A stretch of DNA of 54,392 bases from Candidatus Dadabacteria bacterium (GTDB taxonomy: Bacteria > Desulfobacterota_D > UBA1144 > Nemesobacterales > Nemesobacteraceae): assembly GCA_022819805.1 (NCBI GenBank), contig JAJEGO010000018.1, forward strand, positions 1-54,392, read 5' to 3'. The notes beneath the pieces were generated by a model. It worked only from the letters and a program-made list of their open reading frames with translations. It searched no databases and was not told the DNA's origin. The position numbers were made by a program, and so were the translations under genes. Of this stretch, positions 18,064 to 26,803 are shown piece after piece (positions within the stretch are counted from its first letter, which is position 1; the number at the start of each line of letters is the position of its first letter).

Positions 18064-20451
18064 TTGACCGGCACACAGTCAGCTTCGGCACAAACAATAA
18101 CATGCTATCAGGCACAGAGCGTAACGGTAAATGAAAACGCCGGAAGTGTCAGCTTTGAGATCAAAACTACTCCTATTATCAGTGGTGGTATTAATGTTAA
18201 CCCAAATGGTATAACTGGGGGAACGAGGAACATCAGCTGGGTGACGTCGGACGGAACGGCGCGGGCCGGGAGTGACTATACGGGGGTTACAACCAAGCAG
18301 ACGGTCAGTTGGACGGGCTCGGAAGGCACACAGAGCAACCCTAAAACGGCTTCCGTGACCATCCTCGACGACAATGTCGGCGAAGATGACGAAACATTCA
18401 CCATAACGCTGAGCGATCAAAGTCCCACCAGCATTGTTACCACCAACGATGTTGGTGTATGCCATGGCACGATCACGATCAGGGACAACGACCCCCCGGC
18501 GGTGAATAATGCGGCGGCGAATGGGACGGCGCTCACAATCACCTTCAGCAAGTCCCTCGCCGCGGCTGCCAACCTGGCGAACGGCGCGTTTACGGTGAAG
18601 AAGACCCCGCAAGGGGGGACCGAGGAAACGGTCATGCTCAGCGGGTCGCCTTCCATCAGCGGCACCACGGTGGCCCTGACCCTAGAGAGCGCTGTGCTGT
18701 CCAGCGACACCGAGGTAAAGGTGAGCTATACCAAGCCCACTACGGGCAGCAATAACAAGCTACAAGACTCTTCCGGCAATGAGGTGGCGAGCTTCTCTAA
18801 CCAGCCGGTGAGCAACGCGCAACTGCCATCACGCCCGCGCCCGACGCAACATCCTACTGTCATCGAGTCCCCCAAAGGGGTTCGGGTCGGCGCTCTCACG
18901 GATGACGGGTACCCCATTACCCTTGATGAAGAAGAAGGAAGCTTTCTTTACAGGAAGAAAACTATAGATATTACCGTCACGCGGGATGAAGAATGTACGT
19001 CCAACCCGGCTGTGATCATACCCATAAACATCCTTGACCGTGTCCTTAACCCCGGTGACCAGGAAATAGCCTTCGATCTCTCGGAAACCTCTTCCCAGGA
19101 TCCACCTTCCGGGTTCCGCATGGAGGGCTGCACTTTGGAAATAGATCCGGGAGTGAGACTCAGGACAACAGAGACAGTGACTGTATGCCTGCCCCCTGCC
19201 GATATTGAAGGGAAATCCTATATTCACCGTTATAACGACGAAGCAGAACAATGGGAACTTCTTCCCTCGCAATTGCAGACGGTTAACGATGATGAGCTTC
19301 TCTGCGCGGAGACAGACACCTTTTCCCCGTTCAGAGTTTCCGTTCCCGTGATTGAGTCAGCAGAAGGGGTTCGGGTCGGCGATCTCACGGATGACGGTTT
19401 CCCCATCACTCCCCTTGGAGAGGGAGGAAGCATGGTTTACGGACAGGGGACAATAGATCTTTCAGTTACCCGGGATCAATGCACATCGCCTGGAAATCCC
19501 GCACTGATCATGTCCCGAAGCATCCTCGACCGCGTAGAGGAGATAACCTTCGAGCTCTCGGAAACTTCTCCCCAGGACCCTCCTTCGGGGTTTCGTCTTG
19601 AGGGCTGCGCCGTGGAAATAGATCCGGGAGTAACACTTGGGGAGGGGGAGACCGCGGTTGTATGCCTGCCCCCTGCTGAGATTGAAGGGAAATCGTACGT
19701 TCACCGTTACGATGAAACAGAAGGTGAGTGGGAGAGTCTTCCCTCGCAACTTGAGACTGTTAACGGAGATGAGCTTCTCTGCGGGAATACGGATACGTTC
19801 TCCCTGTTCGGAGTTTTCCTCCCCGTAATAGAGTCAGCAGAAGGGGTTACCCACAGTGAAGACGAAGAAGGTGTTTTTTCCCTTACTCCCCTTGGAGAGG
19901 GAGGAAGCATGGTTTACGGAAAGAGAACTATAGATCTTTCAGTCACGCGGGATGTGGATCCCTCTTCAGGAGATCCCGCAATCATAGTGTCCCGCAATAT
20001 TCTTGACCGCGTAGAGGAGATCACCTTCGAGCTTTCGGAAGTCTCTCCATATGATCCCCCTCCGGGGTTTTATCTTTCGGGTTTCGCGGTGGGAGTGGAT
20101 CTGGGAGTCGCGCTTGGACAAGGAGAGACAGTGTCTGTGTGTCTTCCGTCTTCGGGAGGGGAGGAGGATATGTATTACCGTTACAATGAAGAATTGGGGG
20201 AGTGGGAAGTTCTCGAGTCGCAATTGGAGACTGTTAACGGAGAGGATGTTGTCTGCGGGGATGCGGGTGCGGTTTCCCTCTCGGGAGTTTTCGTTGAGGA
20301 AACGGGAGGGTGCGCTATCGCCGCCGCGGGCGGGGAAGGGATAGTCCGGTGGCAGGGAGCAGTGCTTAACCTTCTATTTACCATATCCGTGCTGCTGCTC
20401 TTTCCGGGGATGAGAAAGCTTGGGGTCTATGACGGGAAGACGTCTGGATGA
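18064..20451 (+). CDS. Large surface protein: Calx-beta-like domain, SwmB-like repeat, three ~160-aa repeats, GGC+TM C-terminal sorting signal; true start likely 17885/17927 across the C9 tract
   Basis: TSDGTARAGSDY..ILDDNVGEDDETF (Calx-beta); NGTALTITFSKSL..VSYTKP..LQDSSGNEVASF (SwmB-like); GGCAIAA followed by TM and basic tail. Confidence 0.8.
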   Translation: MTGTQSASAQTITCYQAQSVTVNENAGSVSFEIKTTPIISGGINVNPNGITGGTRNISWVTSDGTARAGSDYTGVTTKQTVSWTGSEGTQSNPKTASVTILDDNVGEDDETFTITLSDQSPTSIVTTNDVGVCHGTITIRDNDPPAVNNAAANGTALTITFSKSLAAAANLANGAFTVKKTPQGGTEETVMLSGSPSISGTTVALTLESAVLSSDTEVKVSYTKPTTGSNNKLQDSSGNEVASFSNQPVSNAQLPSRPRPTQHPTVIESPKGVRVGALTDDGYPITLDEEEGSFLYRKKTIDITVTRDEECTSNPAVIIPINILDRVLNPGDQEIAFDLSETSSQDPPSGFRMEGCTLEIDPGVRLRTTETVTVCLPPADIEGKSYIHRYNDEAEQWELLPSQLQTVNDDELLCAETDTFSPFRVSVPVIESAEGVRVGDLTDDGFPITPLGEGGSMVYGQGTIDLSVTRDQCTSPGNPALIMSRSILDRVEEITFELSETSPQDPPSGFRLEGCAVEIDPGVTLGEGETAVVCLPPAEIEGKSYVHRYDETEGEWESLPSQLETVNGDELLCGNTDTFSLFGVFLPVIESAEGVTHSEDEEGVFSLTPLGEGGSMVYGKRTIDLSVTRDVDPSSGDPAIIVSRNILDRVEEITFELSEVSPYDPPPGFYLSGFAVGVDLGVALGQGETVSVCLPSSGGEEDMYYRYNEELGEWEVLESQLETVNGEDVVCGDAGAVSLSGVFVEETGGCAIAAAGGEGIVRWQGAVLNLLFTISVLLLFPGMRKLGVYDGKTSG
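18859..20298 (+). repeat. Three tandem coding repeats of ~480 bp (starts 18859, 19348, 19825)
   Basis: VIES.EGV...DPPSGF...VCLP...RY.E..EWE.L.SQL.TVN....C recurs three times; DNA similarity is visible. Confidence 0.9.
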
Positions 20452-20604
20452 AGCAGAGATTTCAAATCAGCCTCAACTGACTTGAAAAGAAAAAATTTCC
20501 GGACAACCAATTTAATTCAAAAGCCAGCCATTTTAATCCGCTTCCTGCAAACACCGCTTGCGGAATTGACTTTGTCCCCGCTATTAGCTTTATTAATTTT
20601 CTCT

Positions 20605-21684
20605 ATGGGTTCGCTTGAAAATATCTACGCGAAGGTTTTTGAAGGTAAGCGGATATCGACCGACGAAGCCGCCTTGCTTCTCGCAAAGGCCGATCTCCTC
20701 CAGCTCGGTTCCCTGGCTGATATCGTAAGGAAAAAGTTTAATCCGGAGAACATAGTGACCTTCGTCGCGGACACGAACCCCAACTACACGAACGTCTGCG
20801 ACACGGAGTGCCTTTTCTGCGCCTTCTGGAGACCGCCGGGCGCCTACGACGCCTACACCCTGAGCGTCGACAAGGTGATTGAAATAATACGCACCTCGTA
20901 CCACAACGGCGCCACTACGGTCCTTCTGCAGGGCGGTCACAACCCAGAACTCAAGCTCGACTACTACATTGAAATCGTAAAAAAGGCCACGAAAGAGATA
21001 CCGGATCTTCATCTCCACGCCTTCTCCGCCCCGGAGATAGCCGCCATTGCCAAATATGAAAACCTCGATACCACATATGTGCTGCAGAGCCTCTGGGACG
21101 CGGGGTTAAGAACAATACCGGGAGGCGGAGCCGAGGTGCTGTCCAACAGGGCGAGAAGAGCGATAAGCCCTCTCAAGATAGACGCCGACACGTGGAGGAG
21201 AATCACCAGGGAAGCTCACCTTGTGGGCTTCAAGACGACCGCGACCATGATGTTCGGCCACCTTGAGGAGGACGAGGACATTATCGAGCACCTCCTCAGG
21301 ATAAGAGAGCTTCAGGATGAAACGGGGAATTTCCTGGCGTTTATCCCCTGGACGTTCAAGCCGAAAAACACCCTGCTTGAAAAAAGAATAAAGGACGAGG
21401 TCGGCGGGGAAAGATACCTCAGGGTTCTCTCGGTATGCAGGATATTCCTTGATAACTTCAAGCATGTGCAGGGATCCTGGTTTACCCAGGGAAAGAAAAT
21501 GGGTTCTATGTCCCTGCACTACGGCGCGAGCGACCTCGGCGGGACCCTTTACGACGAAAACGTCCTGGGGTGTGCCGAGAACAAGATCCGCTCGACCGTG
21601 GACGAACTCGTTCACATGATAAAAAGCGCAGGGTTTAACCCCGCGCAGAGAAATACCTATTATGAAATTCTGGAGCGGTTCTAG
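20605..21684 (+). CDS. mqnC: Radical SAM protein, cyclic dehypoxanthine futalosine synthase (CofH/MqnC family)
   Basis: NYTNVCDTECLFCAF (CxxxCxxC), LLQGG, IPGGGAE, TATMMFGH, FIPWTF; ATG 20605 preferred. Confidence 0.85.
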   Translation: MGSLENIYAKVFEGKRISTDEAALLLAKADLLQLGSLADIVRKKFNPENIVTFVADTNPNYTNVCDTECLFCAFWRPPGAYDAYTLSVDKVIEIIRTSYHNGATTVLLQGGHNPELKLDYYIEIVKKATKEIPDLHLHAFSAPEIAAIAKYENLDTTYVLQSLWDAGLRTIPGGGAEVLSNRARRAISPLKIDADTWRRITREAHLVGFKTTATMMFGHLEEDEDIIEHLLRIRELQDETGNFLAFIPWTFKPKNTLLEKRIKDEVGGERYLRVLSVCRIFLDNFKHVQGSWFTQGKKMGSMSLHYGASDLGGTLYDENVLGCAENKIRSTVDELVHMIKSAGFNPAQRNTYYEILERF

Positions 21685-21757
21685 AGGCTATAATCCGGCC
21701 CCGCCTCGGCGACTCTAGTCTTCCCTTTCCCGTCCGCTTCCAGAGCAAACGGCTCGC

Positions 21758-22117
21758 TCATCGGTTGCCCCTGCCCGCGGGACCATTCAGCACGCTTCCC
21801 CAGTAACATGTCCGGACATAACCTTTTCCGATGCAGTTCTCACCCGTGCCGAAATTATAGTAATATCCCGTCCGGCTATCGTAAATCCAGGGATTGAAAT
21901 TGCTGTCGTAGCCCCTCATGTCCCCATCCGGTTCGACAGTCGCATTCCAGTACGCACCTGTTTTGGTGTCGAAGCCATGAACGGTCGTCCTGCCCTTGGA
22001 ATCCGTATTCCAATAGTAGCTGTTTCCCGAATACCAGTCGTGGCCCGTCCCGCTCTGGGCATATGCAGGCAGCGAAAACGCGGTCACTAACACAAGCAGT
22101 AACGGCAAGAACCTCAT
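21758..22117 (-). CDS. Small secreted hypothetical protein (Y/W/G-rich)
   Basis: Signal peptide MRFLPLLLVLVTAFSLPAYA from ATG 22117. Confidence 0.7.
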   Translation of the reverse strand: MRFLPLLLVLVTAFSLPAYAQSGTGHDWYSGNSYYWNTDSKGRTTVHGFDTKTGAYWNATVEPDGDMRGYDSNFNPWIYDSRTGYYYNFGTGENCIGKGYVRTCYWGSVLNGPAGRGNR

Positions 22118-22457
22118 TTTGCTAAGGTAACAGGTTTTAAGCGAGCCCGCAAAAAAGCAGACCGGGGAGGAAAACCAATATTTCATAATGGAGATTATCA
22201 AGCTAACTAGCCAAAGTCCCCTTTTCTCAAGTTTTTTCGGTAGGTTATGATACGGCGAAAAAATGGCAAAAAACAAGTTACCTTTGAGGGATTTCAGCGT
22301 GCCTCAGACCCTCTGTTTTGGTGTGTCACAAGTGCCTGAAATCATTAGGTCGCCATTTTCAGATTTTCGGGATCTGAGGGGTAAAGCCTCTGCGGTGACG
22401 GTAGCCAGTTACCCGTGTTTTTTATGAAGAGAAAAAATGAAAGGACAAGAAGTGGAA

Positions 22458-22721
22458 TTAACGAAAGATGAAATCAGGTGCGACAGGGCGCTTACCGGGG
22501 CGGTATGTGATGTATTCGGACGGCCTCGAGAAGGCTTTACGGAGGGCATCCTGTACGATACTGTCAGCCTCGTACTTAGCGGCGATTGTGTACGCTTTTT
22601 TAAGCTCACAGAACACCTCACAACTGACGCAACGTATCATGTCACTGCGACCTTCCTCCCTGACAAGTTTGGGGCGGCGGTTGCATCTACGGCATACAAG
22701 CTTCTTATTGACCGATTTCAT
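22458..22721 (-). CDS. Small hypothetical protein with two CxxC (Zn-ribbon-like)
   Basis: CRRC...CVSC in an 87-aa ORF; competing overlapping ORFs are less protein-like. Confidence 0.5.
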   Translation of the reverse strand: MKSVNKKLVCRRCNRRPKLVREEGRSDMIRCVSCEVFCELKKAYTIAAKYEADSIVQDALRKAFSRPSEYITYRPGKRPVAPDFIFR

Positions 22722-22884
22722 GCTTCACAAACTACCCAGAGTCTGCGTAACTAGTCAAGTATGCCTCCGCCAGAAGTGTTAATGACAGATGGGATTGTCC
22801 GCTTTTATGTTTCATGGCATAATCATCGGACAGGACAATTATCAGAAAAGCAATTGCAAGAAATGTTATCTACGGAGGATATTA

Positions 22885-23451
22885 ATGATAAATGTTGTTA
22901 CTATTATCGCTTTATTCTTGGGTCCATTGGTGGCGGTGTGGATTGCCCGGAGAATGGAGGACAGGCGCGCAAAACACGAACGGCGTATGAGCGTCTTCCG
23001 TGCCCTTATGTCTACACGTAGCAACGCATTGTCTTTTGACCACGTCTCTGCGTTAAACCTCGTTGAAATTGAATTCTATGACAATCCTGAAGTAGTTAAG
23101 AAGTGGAAAGCGTACTTTGACGACCTAGTTGAATATCCCAGACTGGAAGATGAAAAAATATCGGAGGGTCTTAGCGACGCAGAGATTGCCAGGAGACAGG
23201 CGAATTATGACAAGAGAGTAAAAGAGGGTCGTTCAAAACTTCTCACCGAACTCCTTTACGAAATGGCTCAAGTTCTCGGCTACGAGAAGATTAAAGTTCT
23301 TGAGATTCTGGAAGGTAGCTACTTCCCTCAAGGATGGGGTCGCATCGAGGCTGAACAGGGACTCATAAGGCAATATGCTATTGACCTGTATTTTGGAAGA
23401 ACGGCATTGCCCGTGCTTGTGCGCTACGAAGAACCACCAACCAATGGATAA
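22885..23451 (+). CDS. DUF6680-like protein with N-terminal TM
   Basis: GGAGG RBS before ATG 22885; 'FRALMSTR...HVSALNLVEIEF...LLYEMAQVLGY...YFPQGW' recalled as DUF6680-like. Confidence 0.7.
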   Translation: MINVVTIIALFLGPLVAVWIARRMEDRRAKHERRMSVFRALMSTRSNALSFDHVSALNLVEIEFYDNPEVVKKWKAYFDDLVEYPRLEDEKISEGLSDAEIARRQANYDKRVKEGRSKLLTELLYEMAQVLGYEKIKVLEILEGSYFPQGWGRIEAEQGLIRQYAIDLYFGRTALPVLVRYEEPPTNG

Positions 23452-23763
23452 CAAATCGTATATTTCCCCTCCATTTCTCTGCAAAAAATCGACCGTCCGT
23501 ATCTCGTAACTCGGTCCAAACACTGGAAAAATCACCTTCTTCAAAAAACTTTGAAAAAATTTTTAGTCTGGGTAATTAGCCGGGAAATGGCGATTCCATA
23601 ATGTTTTCAGGAAGTTAGACAAAAAACACAGAAATTCTTGGCTAGTTAGTTCGATAATCCCCTTCATAATATGTTGATTTATATCCATCCCAATTGTGGT
23701 ATATTGTTGATCTCCGCGTCTGGAAGGCTGTGGTGAATGCGCTCGTCCCCGTAAGCCACAGGT

Positions 23764-25008
23764 ATGCGACTCACGCTGGCTTCCTTAATTGCGACCGATT
23801 ACGATGAATCGCCACTGTCATATACCCGCCCTCGTCTGCGGAGAAGCCAAAACGTGAACCGACCCTCTTATCGTCTATTCGTACTCGGGGCTGGCTTCTC
23901 GGCCCCTGCGGGCCTGCCTTTGGGAAAGGATCTCCTTGAACGCGTCCGAGAGGATGTCCGAGACTTGTTTCAGCGCTTCGGCTGGAAAGGTACTCTGGAA
24001 CAGGAAATCGAAGAATGGTCCTCGCTGTATCCAGGTGAATCGATCGATCTGGAGCGCGTACTCGCATATAGCCACCGGAAGCACTATCTCGGTCTCCTAG
24101 GTCCCGACGAATACTTCGCAGATGGCAGCCGATCAATAGTCGCTATGCGGCAAGCAGTCCAACAGATACTCATTCAAGCAACTCCCAGCCCCACCCCGAA
24201 GCTCTACCGGGATTTTGCTCAGCGGCTTTGCCCCCGCGATGTTGTACTTACGTTCAACTACGACACTCTTTTGGAGCAAGCGCTCGATGACATCGGCAAG
24301 CCATACACCCTTACTCCCGAGTGGTGGCTCAAAACGAGCCGGGGTGACTCTGAACCAAAGTTCGTTGACCTCCTCAAGCTCCACGGGTCGATTGACTGGT
24401 ACGATCGCTACTACCTTGATGATGCTATGCGCTGGCACACCGAAGAGGGTAACGACGTACCGAACCGGGATCCGATCTTCGGCCCAGCTCCGACAGTTCT
24501 TTCGGAGCCTCTTTCACGAGGACAGACAGATGAGAGGTTCGGGAATCACATCCTGCCACGAGTTTTCCGCGTCCCCGACCACGCAACATACTTCCCCATC
24601 AAGGAGGGGGAAAACGTGTCAAGGGTCGTTCCCTTCTTTCTCCCGCCGGCGTACGACAAGCTGCTTGGGTACGCACCCATCCTGGATCTGTGGGAGAATC
24701 TTCATCGGAACCAGGATTATTCGTCTATCGTCATGATCGGCTACTCGATGCCTCCATATGACGGCTACGCATATGAGGCGCTGGGCCAACTCTTCGTTGA
24801 GTACCAACAGGGCGGCGATGCTACCGACTTGGAGCATCGGCGCGTGCCCATTCAACTGATCACGCTGGTTGATCCAGGGCAGCATGACCTCAAGCGTTTT
24901 CCGTTCCTAGATCCCGCCAAGACACGCATATGGAATCAAGGATTCTCCACAGATGCTCTCAACTGGATCGACTGGGGGGATGGCGCGGATCATCCCGTGG
25001 TTACATAA
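23764..25008 (+). CDS. SIR2-like (SIR2_2) NAD-binding protein
   Basis: VLGAGFSAPAGLP, LTFNYDTLLE, LLKLHGSIDW, IGYS; real start may be GTG 23854. Confidence 0.88.
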   Translation: MRLTLASLIATDYDESPLSYTRPRLRRSQNVNRPSYRLFVLGAGFSAPAGLPLGKDLLERVREDVRDLFQRFGWKGTLEQEIEEWSSLYPGESIDLERVLAYSHRKHYLGLLGPDEYFADGSRSIVAMRQAVQQILIQATPSPTPKLYRDFAQRLCPRDVVLTFNYDTLLEQALDDIGKPYTLTPEWWLKTSRGDSEPKFVDLLKLHGSIDWYDRYYLDDAMRWHTEEGNDVPNRDPIFGPAPTVLSEPLSRGQTDERFGNHILPRVFRVPDHATYFPIKEGENVSRVVPFFLPPAYDKLLGYAPILDLWENLHRNQDYSSIVMIGYSMPPYDGYAYEALGQLFVEYQQGGDATDLEHRRVPIQLITLVDPGQHDLKRFPFLDPAKTRIWNQGFSTDALNWIDWGDGADHPVVT

Positions 25009-25062
25009 CTTGGATGTGGCGGGAGCCAGTTCGGGTCGCGCCACAATCGAAAGATCGGCGCG

Positions 25063-25170
25063 GTGCCTTTCACAGCAAGAATCCCTAGGGAGGAGACCTT
25101 AGAAGCTATTCGTCAGGCGCTTTCGGGAAAAGGTCTTATCGAGTATAACGATGTTGATGAGCTCATGACT
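25063..25170 (+). pseudogene. C-terminal remnant of a RelB/DinJ-type antitoxin
   Basis: PFTARIPREETLEAIRQALSGKGLIEYNDVDELM resembles RelB/DinJ C-termini; no N-terminal RHH domain or toxin seen. Confidence 0.5.
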
Positions 25171-25247
25171 TTTGAGCAAGTTTTTTCATGGGTTTGTCTA
25201 GTTATCGCTATAATTCCCTTAAAAACAGGCGGAAATAATGCCCGTTT

Positions 25248-25613
25248 TCACTCGGCAACGGCTATTATCCAGCTGTTTCCAGCGAAATCCACGCCGCAGA
25301 TGACTACCGGTCTCTGGGAGAAAACATAGTCAAAGAACTCAAGCGCGCTGCTTGTATGCACCGAGACCCCGAGATACTCCTCTAGATCCTCCGCGGAAAC
25401 ACCCGAACACTCAAAGGCGCAGAGCTCGAAGTCGACTGCCCCCTCTCGATTGACCGCCGCGGGGCGGGACGAAAAAGAAGCGCTCACGAGCGAGGTTTCT
25501 GAAGCAATTTCCATCCGCACGTCAAAGCCGCCGCCGAAAAGAAAGAAGACCTCGGCAAACACCTCGTCTATCGAGTTAAGATAAAACTCCCTTGCATGGG
25601 GCTTCGTATCCAT
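25248..25613 (-). CDS. Hypothetical protein
   Basis: 121-aa ORF starting 2 bp after the eda stop, same strand. Confidence 0.6.
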   Translation of the reverse strand: MDTKPHAREFYLNSIDEVFAEVFFLFGGGFDVRMEIASETSLVSASFSSRPAAVNREGAVDFELCAFECSGVSAEDLEEYLGVSVHTSSALEFFDYVFSQRPVVICGVDFAGNSWIIAVAE

Positions 25614-25615
25614 TT

Positions 25616-26227
25616 TTACGCGGAGAGCCGGGAGAACTCCTCTGCCCTTTGCTTTATGGACCGGTAGCCGTCTCCTCCGCCCAGAAGCGCGGTAGACACC
25701 CCGGCAAGCGCGGCTCCCGCCGAGAAATAATCCCGGATGTTGTCCGCGGTAATTCCTCCTGTGACCATGATATCCATAAACCCGAGAGGCTCCTTTATGG
25801 CCTTCACGTAACCCGGACCGAAACTCGAAGCGGGGAATATCTTCACGAAGTCCGCTCCGATGCTGCGGGCGTTAACCATCTCGGACGACGTGAAGGCGCC
25901 TGAGACCGCCGTGACGCCGTTTTTCCGGCAATACTCGATTATCCCGGGGTCGGTGTGCGGGGAAACTATGAAACGGGCCCCGCAACCGGACATCCGCTCG
26001 GCTGAATCACGGTCAAGGACCGTGCCCGCCCCGACGCATATTCCGTCCTCAGAGGCAAGTTCCCGAAGAAGTTTTTCAGAACCCGGAGAGATTGATATGA
26101 TCTCTATGATTCTTATCCCGCCGTCGACGCATCCCCTTGCGAATTCAAGAGATTTTTCGTAACTCGTGGATCTTATAACGGCCACGACCCTGTTTTTCTT
26201 CATGAATTCAATCGCAGTTTCTTCCAT
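25616..26227 (-). CDS. eda: KDPG/KHG aldolase
   Basis: VAVIR, VGAGTVL, FIVSP, VKIFPA, MVTGGI. Confidence 0.92.
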   Translation of the reverse strand: MEETAIEFMKKNRVVAVIRSTSYEKSLEFARGCVDGGIRIIEIISISPGSEKLLRELASEDGICVGAGTVLDRDSAERMSGCGARFIVSPHTDPGIIEYCRKNGVTAVSGAFTSSEMVNARSIGADFVKIFPASSFGPGYVKAIKEPLGFMDIMVTGGITADNIRDYFSAGAALAGVSTALLGGGDGYRSIKQRAEEFSRLSA

Positions 26228-26304
26228 GGCGCGCGGTTTGAGGCTTAAGCACTTTTAAGGTACACTGAGACTGGCTTGCTTTAATGCCCATAAAGGGACA
26301 GATC

Positions 26305-26754
26305 ATGAAAAATTCGGAGCTCAGAACCGAAAACAAGATATCGCAATTCATAAAAAGAAGCAAAGAACTGGGGCTTAAGGTAACTCCCCAGAGAATAGCG
26401 ATATACAGGGAGCTTGCGGGAAGCATGCAGCACCCAAGCACCGAGATGATCTACAAGAACATAAAGGACTACTACCCGAACATATCCCTTACCACCGTGT
26501 ACAGAACGCTTGAGACATTCGAGAGGATGGGGCTCATATCCGTAGTCAACACCCTTTATCACGCCGCAAGATACGACGCCAACATGGAACCTCACCACCA
26601 CGTCGTATGCGTGAAATGCAAGAAGATAGAAGACCTCTACGACGACTCGATAGCTTACTCGGAACTTGACCCGCAAATAGACAATTACAAAATTCTTGGA
26701 TACTCGGTGCTTTTCAGCGGAATCTGCGAGGACTGCAAAACCCTTGACAGCTGA
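26305..26754 (+). CDS. Fur-family transcriptional regulator (PerR-like)
   Basis: TPQRIAI, HPS.E, SLTTVYRTL, HHHVVCVKC, C-terminal CEDC. Confidence 0.92.
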   Translation: MKNSELRTENKISQFIKRSKELGLKVTPQRIAIYRELAGSMQHPSTEMIYKNIKDYYPNISLTTVYRTLETFERMGLISVVNTLYHAARYDANMEPHHHVVCVKCKKIEDLYDDSIAYSELDPQIDNYKILGYSVLFSGICEDCKTLDS

Positions 26755-26803
26755 TGACCGGAAACCGGCCGTTCCTCGCAAGGCCGGCTAAAAGAGCGGA
26801 AAG

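Larger units (their letters stand above)
22171..23680. repeat. Imperfect ~43-bp inverted repeat pair (~22171-22214 and 23638-23680)
   Basis: ttggctagttagttcgataatcccc... vs reverse complement ttggctagttagcttgataatctcc...; 34/43 ungapped matches by hand. Confidence 0.7.
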
